This document shows positions 31,880-45,458 of a stretch of DNA of 64,000 bases, piece by piece; the stretch's first letter is position 1; each line of letters starts with the position of its first letter. The position numbers and the translations under genes are program-made. Origin of the DNA: Octopus vulgaris (taxonomy: Eukaryota); contig OX597814.1 of the NCBI GenBank assembly GCA_951406725.2, positions 115,382,001 through 115,446,000 of the forward strand, read 5' to 3'. The notes beneath the pieces were generated by a model. That model ran no database searches. It worked only from the letters and a program-made list of their open reading frames with translations, and was not told the DNA's origin.

Positions 31880-32209
31880 ACCCTTCGGTCACGAATGACT
31901 ATAGGATTGCACCTAAAAAGTTCCCGTCCGAGCACAATTCCGAGCAAGGTTGTTTATGGAAGACCAGCAGTCGCCCATGCATACCAGCCTATCTTCTCCA
32001 CGCTACCGATGTTATCCAAAAGAAAGGCAAAGGCCGATACAGCTTGGTACCGGTGACGTCGCAACTCATTTCTACAGTTGTGTGAACTGAAGCAACGAGA
32101 AATAAAGTGTCATATTCAAGAACACAATATACAGCCCGATCTCGGAAATGAACTCACTATCTCACGACTGTAAGCTCGATGATCTAACCACTGAGCCATA
32201 CCCCTTCAT
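31880..32209 (-). mobile_element. SINE family C copy
   Basis: Reverse-complement homologue of 4719-5054. Confidence 0.8.
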
Positions 32210-32211
32210 TT

Positions 32212-32324
<113 letters not shown>

Positions 32325-32575
32325 CATCCCTCTGTTGTACATCCATTAATGTTATATCACCTGAAGGAAGGAATCCATGAAGATAATCAACCCGTTGCCC
32401 ACGGATGCTACGGACTGCAAAGTAACCATCCTAGGAATACGGAATGAGATATTAAGAGTCATGTGAATTGTGGAAACGCGCGACGCGATGCATTTAGTGT
32501 TTATAAATTCCATCTAAGGATTATTATTATTATAGTTGTTATTGTTGCTGTATATATATACGTGTATATATGTAT

Positions 32576-32607
<32 letters not shown>

Positions 32608-32621
32608 GTATATATATATAT

Positions 32622-35600
32622 TTTCTAGTTTCAGCTCAGAGCTGCGGCCATGCTGATGCACCGCCGTTTTGTGCTACACTGTTATTACGACGAACCTCGT
32701 CTAATATGTGACACTTGGTGAAGAATGGAGTTTGATACAGCTACTCTCATTTGCACCTCTTGCCGTGAGGTAGGTTCATCTGGGACTCTTGACAGGAAGA
32801 TGTCCAGCTTTGATTTAAAAACCGCTACATCTACTTTGTGCAAGTTCCTCAGACTCTTTGGGAGAATATTAAAAAGCTGTGGGCCCTTGAAATCCAGGCT
32901 GTTGCAGAAGCTGGTCCTGAAGCGTGATGGCATTGCTGGGATCTTTGACACTATTCAGTGTCGTCCCGTTCTAGCATAGGTGTAGCTTACAATGCCAAAA
33001 TTTGGCACAATTCCTTCCAGGATCTTCCAGACATATATTACTGCATACCTCTCCCGTCTTCTCTCCAGGGAGTACAGTCTTAGCTGTTTCAACCTTTCCC
33101 AGTAGCTGAGCTGTTGCACAGAAACGATCTTCTTTGTGAATCTTCTCTGGATTGCTTCAAGGTCCGCTGTTAATTTTACACTGGTGGGTGACCATAGCTG
33201 TGAGCAGTAATCCAGGCGACTGAGGACGAATGTCCGCCAGAGGACCATCATGGTTTCCTTATCTCTGGTTCTGAATGTTCTTAGGATCCACCCAGCCAGT
33301 CGTCTGCACTTTGTCGCCATCCTGGTAATGTGCACTTGGAAAGAGGTATCATCACTCATGTCGATACCCAGGTCCCTCACAGACTTAGGCTCTGGGATTG
33401 AAATTCCCTGTGGACCGGTGTATCCTGTAAGTTTAATATTCAGTTTTGGATGCTGGTAGCGCAGGGCCTGTAATTTTTCAGCATTAAACTGCATATTATT
33501 ATCCTCAGCCCATCTGTAGAGTGAGTCCAACTCCTGCTGCAGGTGTGCAACATCGCTGGGGTTCTGTATTTTCTGCGAGACTTTCGTATCATCTGCATAG
33601 CTGGCCAGAGTGGCTATCCGGGCATTTGAGGGCATATCTGAGAGGGCCACTATAAAAAGCAGTGATCCCAAGACAGTACCCTGTGGAATACCGCTCACTA
33701 TTTGTGTGTTCATAGAGGTGGCTCCATTAACCACTACTGCCTGACTCCTATCTTTCAGGAAGTCATGCAACCACACTCCAAGTTTTCCAGCTATGCCGAG
33801 GTCACGTAGTTTGTGGCATATCATACCATGATCCACCTTGTCAAAAGCTTTTGCAAAATCAAGGTAGATTACGTCCACGTTTGATTTGTTGAGTAACTGC
33901 TTCAACACCCAGTCATAATGCTGTAAGAGCTGGGTCAGGCAGCTCCTACCTGGTCGAAAACCATGCTGGGCTCAGCAAGTTATTTTCCTCAAGGAATGCG
34001 ATTAGTTTCTTTCTGACTATCCGTTCCATGACTTTGCTGATGTGTGAAGTCAGAGAGATAGGCCTATAGTTTTTGGCATCTGCTCCACTTCCCCCTTTAT
34101 GTATTGGGCATATTATTCCCTCCTTCAGCTTGCTTGGCAGTTTGCCATTCGCAAGAAAGCTCTGGAAGAGAATCTTGAGGGGTTTTGCCAGGGCATGCTT
34201 ACACGCTTTGAGGAGGATGGCTGGGAAACCGTCTGGACCAGCAGCTGAGTTTGTGTCCACTTCATCTATGGCTAGTAGGACATCTTTTTCGCTAATGTCA
34301 ATACATTCTATTGTAACCGCCTCGCTGGTTATAGGTGAGGCGGCAAAGAAATCCACTGGTTCGTTCACTTGTCTGTGTTCCAACGGGGTGGTAAAGACAC
34401 TTTTGAACTGGTCATTAAGCATCTCACTGATCATAGTTGGACTGTCTGTGAGGGAGCCATCCTTTTGGAGGAGGGGTCCTATCTTGTAGTGTACTGAGAC
34501 TGTTTCTTTCGCGTAATGAAAGAAGGCCTTTGGGTTTGATTTAATGTTTTTTATAACCCAGGCTTCTTTGTCTGCTTTCTCCTTCACATAGGATTGTTGC
34601 AGCCTTTTTCGATCTCCATCAGTGTTGTTTTTAGGCGGGACGTTTCGCTACTTTTGGGATGTTGGTTGAGACGATTTGCAACCTTCGTTCGTCGTCTCAT
34701 GAGGATCTTCCTGTCTCTTGGAATCTTGCTCCTATTTGTTTTGGCCTTGTGCTCTGGGACATATTTCTGGCATACGGCTTGCACAGAAGACATGAAACAT
34801 TCTAGTTTCATGTCAATGTCTGGTGTGGAGAGACATTCCGGCTAGTCCTCTCTGAGGATCTCTTTTTGGATCGATTTCCAATCTGCTTTGTGGAAGTTCA
34901 GATTGGAGAGATTTCGGGTGCTTCCTTTAGGCTGTATGTCTCTGGTTACTTTCGGCCCAAATATAGACAGCTCTATTATGTTGTGATCCGAAACTGATGT
35001 CGGTGTCCCTTTCACATCATGAATGATGTCCATATTGGTCGTGAAGCAGAGATCCAAAATGTTATTCGCCCTAGTTGGCTTGAGTACAACTTGCTCCATG
35101 AATAAGGCATTGGTTAGGTTGAGCAGGGACTCCACCTGTACTTGCTTGCAATGATTCATTCCTGAGAGTATGTGACCTTCGGGCTATTTGACGTTGGGGA
35201 AGTTGAAATCACCCATAAGAAATATGGTCACGTGGTGTTCCAGATTCATGAGGATTTCTTTAATTCTTGTGAGGCAATCTTCAAACTTGCCTATGTGATT
35301 TGGGGCATCCGGTGGGCAATATGTATTGCATATGACTATATTATGTTGTCTTATGTATACAATTAGAGTGTCACATACCGAATTTGAGTATGTCATCAAG
35401 ATCTGGGATGTGAGGTCATCTCGGATGTATACAGCAACTCCACCATGGCTCTTTTCTCTTCTGTCTGTTCGCAGTATGGCATAGTTTGGTATGTGTACTT
35501 CTGCGTCCTCTATATCAGGGTTGAGGTGAGTTTCCACAAGTGCTATGCATAGGGCTTGATTGCATGCAGTAAGATCTCTCAGGAAAGAAATTTTGTTTCT

Positions 35601-35725
35601 ATTTTGATGCAACAGGCCCCCAATATTTAGTAAAAGTATTGGGGTGACGGCTGTGCAGGCGTTAGGGGAGGCCATTCCGTGTCTGTTGACTGTGGTGGTC
35701 TTGCATAGTGGTGGGCAGGGTTCCT
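32622..35725 (-). mobile_element. CR1/L2-group LINE, nearly complete ORF2 (APE endonuclease plus RT) with frameshifts
   Basis: APE motifs LNIGGL, VETHL, GGVAVYI, MGDFNFP, ILDLCFT, SDHN; RT motifs AAGPDGFP, NYRPISLTS, LDFAKAFDKVDH, GIPQGTVLG, YADD. Both ends lie in TA tracts. Confidence 0.93.
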
Positions 35726-35821
35726 TATATATATATATGATTGATTGATTTTTAATTTATGATTGATCAAACGATTAAAGAGGCAACAGATTGGTTAATT
35801 GGTTAATTAATTAATTAGCTG

Positions 35822-35886
<65 letters not shown>

Positions 35887-36057
35887 AATAATGATGATGA
35901 TGATGATGATAATAATAATAAAAATGAAGCGAAATATAACAACTGCATATGATTTTATTGGTAAAATGACCCTTGCAAGATACAAAAGTATCCGCTTCAA
36001 CACACGATTGCACATCAAGAATCTTAGAAAACAAATACAAAAATAAAATATATATAC

Positions 36058-36393
36058 CTCGTTTATGCTATAAAAATTCATTTCATGGAAGAATTCAGCG
36101 TACACATGGGATGATATCAGCAAACATATCATAAATCCAACAACGCTAAAGAAGTACATAATTCCGTAGACATAAGCTTCGGCTGGCATTCCAAGAACCA
36201 TGATGGACGATTGGAAAGAAACCATCAAAGACAGAGCGAGAGGAAGTGCTGAGAGTTGACGGTTTCCAGTCATAAAGTCATTTGCAGTTTTATCATTCTT
36301 TTGGCGACATCCAAAGAACAAACCGATAGCGATGGAGACGAAAACAATGAAAATGAATACGAGATAGTCGGAGATACTGAACATAGGTACCAT
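36058..36393 (-). CDS. First coding exon of an SLC5 / sodium:solute symporter (SMCT/SMVT/NIS-like, SLC5A5/6/8/12 group)
   Basis: Translation MVPMFSISDYLVFIFIVFVSIAIGLFFG..DFMTGNRQLSALPLALSLMVSFQSSIMVLGMPAEAYVYG..SINE matches the N-terminal transmembrane region of the family. A polypyrimidine tract plus AG lies directly before the ATG and a GT donor follows GAG (336 bp, phase 0), at the family's usual 'TSxYE|YLExRF' intron position. Confidence 0.9.
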
Positions 36394-36625
36394 CTGAAAA
36401 AAAGAAAAACAATTTGTTACAACCATCAATTATTTCAGTCACTTTTTTTTATAAGGCAATTGATGAACCCGGGGTTTCTGATGGCATATGTGGTAAGGAA
36501 GTGTCTCTAAGCCGGTGTGGAACAAATATTTCAAGGGAATTGAATTTGAATTTCTAAAGTTTTGTTACTATTTTATACATTCTATGTATAAATTGGTTAC
36601 ATATATTTGTATGTGTGTGTGTGTG

Positions 36626-36694
<69 letters not shown>

Positions 36695-37107
36695 CTACTA
36701 ATATAGGATGAAGTTTTTTTACAGAAAAAAATTCCATCAAAAAATGTGGCAGCATATTAAAATACCTTTAAGGTTAAAATTATAAACAACTTATAAATAT
36801 TTCTATGCCAATATGCTGATAACAGATTTTTAAATCGTCAATTTCCACATATTATTTACTCGCTACAGAAAAAACACGAAGAGCTGAAATCGAGGAAAGC
36901 CGGCCGATAGAATTTTTTTAAAAAGTTCGTTATTTCTATATTGAATCAATTTCGGATTTAATCTCATAATAGATTTTTTTCCTCTTCAGTAGAAAATACG
37001 AAAGGATATAAACAAGATACTTACATGCGCCCTTGGAAAAAAGCCGAAGCAAAAATCATGAGTATATATAAGTACCCCAGATATATATATATATTATATA
37101 TATATAC

Positions 37108-37169
<62 letters not shown>

Positions 37170-37207
37170 ATATATTTATGCATATTATATTGGTTACATA
37201 TATATAT

Positions 37208-37502
37208 TCTCTAGCCATCCCTTGCTCATAAGGGCCGGTTTCCCGGTTTCCTTGGCGTATAGGTTCCCCACCTGGACGGGACGCCGGTTCGTCGCAGGTG
37301 AGCTGCAAGATGCAGAAGGGAAGAGTGAGAGAAAGTTGTGGCGAAAGAGTCAGCATAAGTTCGCCATTACGTTCTGCCGGAGCCGCCGCGTGGAGCTTAG
37401 GTGTTTCGCTCACAAATACATACATCGCCCAGTCTGAGATTCGAACCCGCAATCCCTCGACCACGAGTCCGCTGCTCCAACCACTAGGCCATGTGCCTCC
37501 AC
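37208..37502 (-). mobile_element. tRNA-derived SINE family D (V-domain-like)
   Basis: A-box TGGCCTAGTGG, B-box GGGTTCGAATC, GGCGTCCCGTCCAG motif. Confidence 0.8.
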
Positions 37503-37523
37503 TACATATGCATATATATATGC

Positions 37524-38404
<881 letters not shown>

Positions 38405-38524
38405 TATGTTTTTATATATACCTATCATTTTAAAGAAATTCATTCCCCAAAATATTTAGTATTGAAGTATTGAACCAGTATTTCCTTAGATGAAACCATC
38501 CCTTCATGAGGTTAACGTAGCCTC

Positions 38525-38569
<45 letters not shown>

Positions 38570-38797
38570 CGAAACACGTGTAGAATGAAATAAAACGATT
38601 TCTGTTCAATCTTCGTTCAACTCCATTTCTTCAATTCACTAATAATATTAAAATTCAATTATCCGCACCAACGCACGGTTGCAACACCATATGGTTGTAC
38701 CTCCAACCGTGCTGTCTTCTTCTGTGATTTTTGCTACCAAGGTATCGGTTAAACTTTTGATTAATCTGCATCAAGATTATTCATCTTTCTATTTCAC

Positions 38798-38856
<59 letters not shown>

Positions 38857-39174
38857 GTCCTGTTATTTGCATTTGTATTTGTGTAACATTTCTCTGTTTT
38901 TTCCGTACTTATTTTCTTATACATTCGCTTTCTTCCAAGGAATCTAATGCTCTTGGCTTAGTTTTTCCTTGAGGCTGGCTAGATTGGAGCAATCTCGAGT
39001 ATAACGAGCCGAAATTGCAAAGATAATCTGGAACTCGACTGAGGAAAGAAAATGATCCGCCCTTGTTTTCTTTGTATCGTCTGTCTGGATGATACAAACC
39101 TAACTGTATCACCTAACTGTCTGGATTTTGCGTTCTTGTCCCATTTTTGTATTATATATATATATATATATACC

Positions 39175-39251
<77 letters not shown>

Positions 39252-39414
39252 AGGGAGAGAGAGATAGTTTATTCACACATGATACAACTGGCCAACATAT
39301 TTTCTGCATCCGATTTTCTCAAAAACATACATACATACATACATACATGCATACATACATACATACATACATACATACATACATACATACATACATACAT
39401 ACATACATACATAC

Positions 39415-40045
39415 AATGATATTCAAAAAGTAAACAAAACCGTGGATTTTGAAGGCAGAGAAAAAGATAACTGGTTTGCGGAAGACCATCAGTCATGTAA
39501 TGATGCTTATTGTGTGCAAACAAGCAAATCACTATACGTCCCATCAACAGAACGTAAAGAAGGAGATAGAAATGATGTTTGGAGACAGCAAAAAGGGGAC
39601 ACTCACTTGCAAACTGATTACGCTCAAACAGGATCTAAAAGCTGTCAGTGAAAAACTCCGACATCAGAAGAGAATAATCGAGAGAAGAACAATAAATAAA
39701 AGATTTAGCTGCAACCAGACAGCAGTATAGAGAGACATGAGAGGAGAAGCAGTAAACATCACGGAAGCTCCTTCACAAGAAGACATAGACTTCTTCTGGA
39801 AGAAAATCTAGAGTGTAGAGAAGGAATTTAATCAAGATGTTCTGTGGCTGTAAGAAATCCGAAAAAGTTATTGCTCCTGCATTACATCCAAGACATACAA
39901 CATTGATGGCGAAACTATTGCAACTATCATCCAGAAGCTCCAGGATCGAAAAGCACCTGGAAGAGACTTGATTGTTGGATATTGGTACAAGAAGCTAACA
40001 TTCTACTGACCATATCTTATCAATCTGTACCGGCAAGCTCTCCTT
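39415..40045 (+). mobile_element. R4/Dong-like retrotransposon fragment (region leading into RT)
   Basis: INKRFSCNQTAVYRDM..FFWKKI..KLQDRKAPGRDLIVGYWYKKL, with stops; begins at (TACA)n. Confidence 0.7.
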
Positions 40046-40554
40046 GAATTCCCTTTTGCCGGTAGAATTTATAAAAAATATGAGAGAAAGAAAATAGAAT
40101 TCACGAGACTCTTTATTCACTGCGATCGTTGCCATCCATCATGCACCGGTACCTTGCAGGTGAGGACTGAGACACAGGGGTTTCATATGCTGCGAAAGGG
40201 GAGACGATAGATTACATGCGTGCGCGCATGCATGTGTGAGTGTGTTTGTGTGTGTGTGTGCTTATGTTTGCATGTGTGTGTATGTTTATGTGTGTGTGTT
40301 TTAGTAAAGATCTTTGACATGTTTTCTGCCATCACCAACTAGTCAAACATTGTACAGTTTTTTCGTATCTGCTTTCTTTTACTTCATTTTAAGACGGCGG
40401 GGAATAAGGGGATACTTTTTGGTTATCTCACCCCCACTAAAAAATTGAGTTTATGTGGCGACAAGGGATTGGATTAAAAGGGTTAAATCCTTTTAATTCA
40501 ATACTTCAACACATTTTTGACTTTTGGCCTCTTCAAAATGTTATAAAAATGTTA

Positions 40555-40813
40555 TTAATGGGTTGGTGCATCATTATTGCGGCTTTTTTTTTTCAACAAA
40601 ATTTATTCAACAGAAACAATAACAATATTTAACAAAATCATCTTTAAATGACGGTCTGACCGTCTACCAAGCAAATAGGGAAGCAGTCATTGAAGTAGGT
40701 GGTGAATATGCTCCGAAATAATCGTTTAAAGATGTTTTGTTACGTGCTGTTATTGCTTTTGTTGAATAAAATTTATTGAAAAAAAGCCGCAATAATTATT
40801 GTACCAATTCAAT
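40555..40813 (+). mobile_element. Mariner-derived MITE
   Basis: TIRs GGTGCATCATTATTGCGGCTTTTTT / AAAAAAGCCGCAATAATTATTGTACC; remnant of a mariner C-terminus (DRLPSK..EAVIEVGGEYAP). Confidence 0.7.
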
Positions 40814-41399
40814 AGACTCAATAAGATGTTTACATATATACGACGGGCTTCTTTCAGTTTCCGTCTACCAAATCAATTCACAAGGCTTTGGTCGGCCCGG
40901 GGCTATAATAGAAGACAATTGCCCAAGGTGCCACGCAGTGAGACTGAACCCGAACAATCTTTTTTACTGATAGTTATCATAAAACGGGGCGAGGGGGAGA
41001 TAACCCAATTTTTTTAAAGGGAATGAGATAACCAAAAAGTACCATTAAGGTGTGAGAGAGATTCTACTACTAATTCTAACAGTTTTAGCGTCAGTAGTAG
41101 GGAGCCTCCCTTATCAATTGAACCTACAACCCCCTTAGAACAGTTTTTCTCAGCCATTTTTCACTTATGGACCCTTCTGATTCCTATTTTAATCACATCG
41201 ACCCCAAAACCACCACCACCACCACTAACCACCACCAACACCACCACTATAACCATTCAATGTTTACAAAAATTGTTTTATATTTGTATAATGAAATATT
41301 ACAAGGAAATCTCTTTCATCTCTTTTACCTGTTTCAGCCATTTGGCTGCGGCCATGTTCGAGCACCGCCTTTAGTCGAACAAATCGACCCCCAGGACAA

Positions 41400-41716
41400 A
41401 TTTGCCATCAAGATGTAGGACAAGATACTGTGATAGCCTGGGCTTCCGAGGCCCACAGCTCTTCAATATCCTCCCGAAGAACCAAAGAGACCTGCATGGG
41501 GTGGATGCAGATGTCCTTAAAATAAAACTGGATCTCTTCTTGTCAGGTGTCCCAGATGAACCAACTTCAAGGCAGGAGGTGCAGATGAGGGCAGCTGCAT
41601 CGAACTCTCTCATGCACCAAATGGCAATTGCTTAAAAGCATTCGTGAAGTAAAATCATGTAGCAACACCAAATGGCGGTGCCCCAGCATGGCCACAGCTT
41701 GTGAGCTGAAACTAGA
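41400..41716 (+). mobile_element. 3' end of the CR1/L2-group LINE
   Basis: GPQLFNILPK..KLDLFLSGVPDEPT, followed by the tail GGCGGTGCCCCAGCATGGCC..CTGAAACTAG. Confidence 0.85.
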
Positions 41717-41826
41717 AGAAGAAGAAGAAGATACATATATATATATATACATATACATATATATATATATACATATGCATACATATGCATATACATACAT
41801 ATACATATACATACATATACATACTT

Positions 41827-41869
<43 letters not shown>

Positions 41870-42051
41870 TCCTAGGCATACAACGGTGGTGTACCCCCTA
41901 CTGTCACGTTCTTGTTAGATTGACAGTATACAACCATTCTATCGCCCCACCACCGTACAGGTCTATACGAGAGATTTAGAAATTCAATATTTCTTATATA
42001 TATATATATGTATGTATAAGGGTGAAAAGGAACACACGAGTTGATATATAT

Positions 42052-43276
42052 GAAAAAACAAGTCAAAATAGAAAATGCTAAAATAATTTTATAGTGAACA
42101 TTTCAGTACCGGTTTCGGTCATTTTGAGACCTTTTCAACTGTAACGATTAAATAATTAAATTTAGAAAAATTAGAAGAAAAGTTTTTTTAAAGGAATATT
42201 TCTATAGTAGTGTTCAGATATAAGTGGCATTCTGCGGGTGTCAAGAGCAGTACATAGGCCAAACAAAAAATAGTTTGCATAAACGAATGGCCCTGCACAG
42301 ATCCCAGATAAAAATTCTCCAAAACAGAAAAATAGCTTTTAGCCAACACATAGATACTTGCGCCAACAAAAAAACACCAAGCTTCAGGATTTTCCCCCTC
42401 TACCAATTTAGGGACGATACAACCTCGAGACAACGAATAAGTAAAGAAACTCTCTTTATTACAAAATACAGGCCACTTCTTAACGGGTCTACGACAAACA
42501 ATTAATATACCTCAACTTTAGAATAAAAGAAATATATACACACGCAAATATTACATTCCAAAGAATCCATTACTAATCAGCCCCAATCACAGCTATACTC
42601 CATAACATGCCAACTTCAAGTCATACAACACCTCACTACTTTCACCCATTCATATTCTCCCTTCTCTGTTTTTTTCTTCTTCTTCCTCTTCTTCTTCATC
42701 ATCATCATTATCATCATCATCGTCGTCATCATCATCACCACCATCATCATCATCATCATCTTCTCCTTCTCCTTCTTCTTCTTCTTCATCATCATCATCA
42801 ACATCGTCATCTTCTTCTTCTTCTTCTACTTCTCCACCTTCTACCCCTTAACTTTGTCACTAATGTTTTTTAGTATAACACCTACGCAAATTCCATAAAC
42901 AAGCCTTTCAATAGAAATATTCTCCTGAATTGAACTGCGACTGCTAGCCGCCACTGACCATTCAAAATACGACCATCAGGGCACTCCCAGATTTTCCCAC
43001 CCCCTCTCCTCATCAGCCTTCTTCTTCTTCTACTACCCTACCAAGAACTCACAACGACCTCGAACACACAAGTGCAAACAAGGGAGTCAGAGAAAGGCAG
43101 AATGCCACTTATATCTGAACACTACTATAGAAATATTCCTTTAAAAAAACTTTTCTTCTAATTTTTCTAAATTTAATTATTTAATCGTTACAGTTGAAAA
43201 GGTCTCAAAATGACCGAAACCGGTACTGAAATGTTCACTATAAAATTATTTTAGCATTTTCTATTTTGACTTGTTT

Positions 43277-43280
<4 letters not shown>
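42052..43280 (+). mobile_element. 5'-truncated Penelope-like element with an inverted terminal copy
   Basis: GIY-YIG C-terminal half (CQEQYIGQT..LHKRMALHRSQI..SQH..RISKE..LN). 184-bp inverted repeat at 42052-42235 / 43097-43280 with no mismatch seen; TA flanks. Confidence 0.88.
43191..43228 (+). ncRNA. Variant minimal hammerhead (mirror copy at 42104-42141 on the minus strand)
   Basis: CAG TTGAAAA GGTC-TCAAAAT-GACC GAAA CCGG TA CTG. The core deviates from CUGANGA. Confidence 0.55.
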
Positions 43281-43324
<44 letters not shown>

Positions 43325-43573
43325 TGTCTTCAATATGAATTCCTTTTATGGAGTTCTGAAACCTCCTTTACCCCATTTCTACAATTAAAAAATCTTTATT
43401 GCTTCTAACCTTACAGCAGTTAGGATCAGCCATATCTTAGTCAGTCAGTGGAAGAACTTCACTACCACATATGTTCTTAAAATTTAAATCTACATCTTTG
43501 TCTGTATATCTACCTTCTCTATAATGTTGCTACTTGATTTGAAAGCTTTAATATTAATGGAAAACCTCTATAA

Positions 43574-43659
43574 TTGGCTGATGAGTACTCAGCATCTTAA
43601 ATCTGTTGTAATACTTACAACATTTAATAAAATGATGTAGTACGAAACGATCGTACCAA
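43574..43659 (+). ncRNA. Type I hammerhead ribozyme
   Basis: TTGG CTGATGA GTACT..AGTAC GAAA CGATCG TA CCAA; canonical core with palindromic stem III. Confidence 0.88.
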
Positions 43660-43789
43660 ATTACCGGAGTCATTCTTGTTGCTTATTTTGATTATAATCA
43701 ACCCACGAATTTTTATGGATAACACCATACAAAATTCTGGTGCATCTAAATTAAGTACCATATTCATCTGAATCTAAATTTTTGCTGAA

Positions 43790-43836
<47 letters not shown>

Positions 43837-44334
43837 GACAGTGTTGGTATGTTTACGTCCTCGTAACTTAGCAGTTCGACCAAAAATACCAGGCTTGAAA
43901 AAAACTAGTAAAATATTTCAAGGCGGTGCACCAGCATGGTCGCACTTTAATGATTGAAACGAGTAAAAGATTAAAAGATGTATGCATGTGTGTCTGTATG
44001 TCTGTGTGTGTGCGCGCGCGCTTGTGTGCATGCTTGGATGGTGTACTTGCGCGTTTAGTTTGTGATCCCCCATTTACAGTTAATTTCTTTATGACTAACT
44101 TTATCTATATCTTGTTCTCTCCCTGTGTCTCATATATCAATTTTATCATAATGTGTTTATTTCTTTAGTATCCCCTTATCTCCTTTAATCTACGTCCTTC
44201 CATTCCAGTATCTTTCCTATTATCGCTCAGAATGCCATTTGTCTTATACATAGAAGGTGGTACTTACATTGGAATGGTTCAACTTTTAGCTTTCTTGCAC
44301 TACTAAGGCTTTTTATCCTGCCTTCAGTTTAAAG

Positions 44335-44882
44335 CAACGAGCTGGCAGAAACGTTAACACGCCGGGCGAAATGCTTAGTTGCATTTCGTCTACCGCTACG
44401 TTCTGAGTTCAAATTCCGCCGACTTTGCCTTTCATCCTTTCGTGGTGTCGATTAAATAAGTACCAGTTACGCACTGGGGTCGATCTAATCGACTTAATCC
44501 GTTTGTCTGTCCTTGTTTGTCCCCTCTGTGTTTAGCCCCTTGTGGGTAGTAAAGAAATAGGTATTTCATCGGCCGCTACGTTCTGAGTTCAAATTCCGCC
44601 GAGGTCAACTTTGCCTTTCATCCTTTCGGTGCCGATTAAATAAGTACCAGTTACGCACTGGGGTCGATCTAATCGACTTAATCCCTTTGTATGTCCTTGC
44701 TTATCCCCTCTGTGTGTAGCCCCTTGTGGGCAGTAAAGACATAAGAATCGTTTGCACACCGGGCAAAATGCTTAGCGGCGTTTCGTCCGTTTTTACGTTC
44801 TAAGTTCAAATTCCGCTGAGGTCGATTTTGCCTTTTGTCCCCTCCCCCAAAATTACTGGCCTTGTGCCAAAATTTGAAACCA
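44335..44882 (+). mobile_element. Tandem or compound SINE family A
   Basis: Three consecutive B-box/core units. Confidence 0.8.
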
Positions 44883-45458
44883 GTATCTTATCTTCAGTTT
44901 ACCTAACTCTACACAGCCACAGACATGAGGTGTGTCGATTTTAGTTCAACAACTGAAACGTCTATATTCGCTATGTGAATAAAGTCTTATTCTTTATTCG
45001 AAATTTCTCATCTTTCTGTTTAGAACTGCAGTTCTAATCCACTTTTTTTTTTTTTTTTTTTTTTGCGACCTGTGTGATTCCTATTTAACTCCACTGGACC
45101 TTCATAGCTATTCGATGTATACGAAAAAAAGATCCCACTGCATTTTTATAATTAAATATTATTAGAAACTGCACCGGGTGGGGTACCAAAATCTTTTAAG
45201 TGCTTAGGGCCTCTTAGGTCTTAATCCGGCCCTGAAAAAGATGACACATATAACGTAAAGGGAGGTATTGAGTTCTTTTCTTTTTCATCCATTATTAGAA
45301 CACCAATGTATCGTGACACTAAATTCCCTTATTATATATAATCGTAAATACTATACTGAGCATGTGTTTGTGATTGATACACTGTTTGTGATAACATATA
45401 AATATGCGTTAGTGCTGTAATCAAGAATAAAAAACCCAGTGCCCCCAACTACGTCATA

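Noticed and set aside
32356-32489. HHR-like CTGAAGGA..GAAACGCGCGAC
   Set aside because: The core has an insertion and lacks the NUH triplet; counted only as a decayed variant.
35815-36057. 3' extension of the SLC5 ORF (poly-Ile)
   Set aside because: Read-through past the GT donor into intron and (ATT)n.
38478-38592. HHR-like GAAACACGTGTA with upstream TTAGATGA
   Set aside because: The first core strand is broken and stem II is interrupted by (TA)n.
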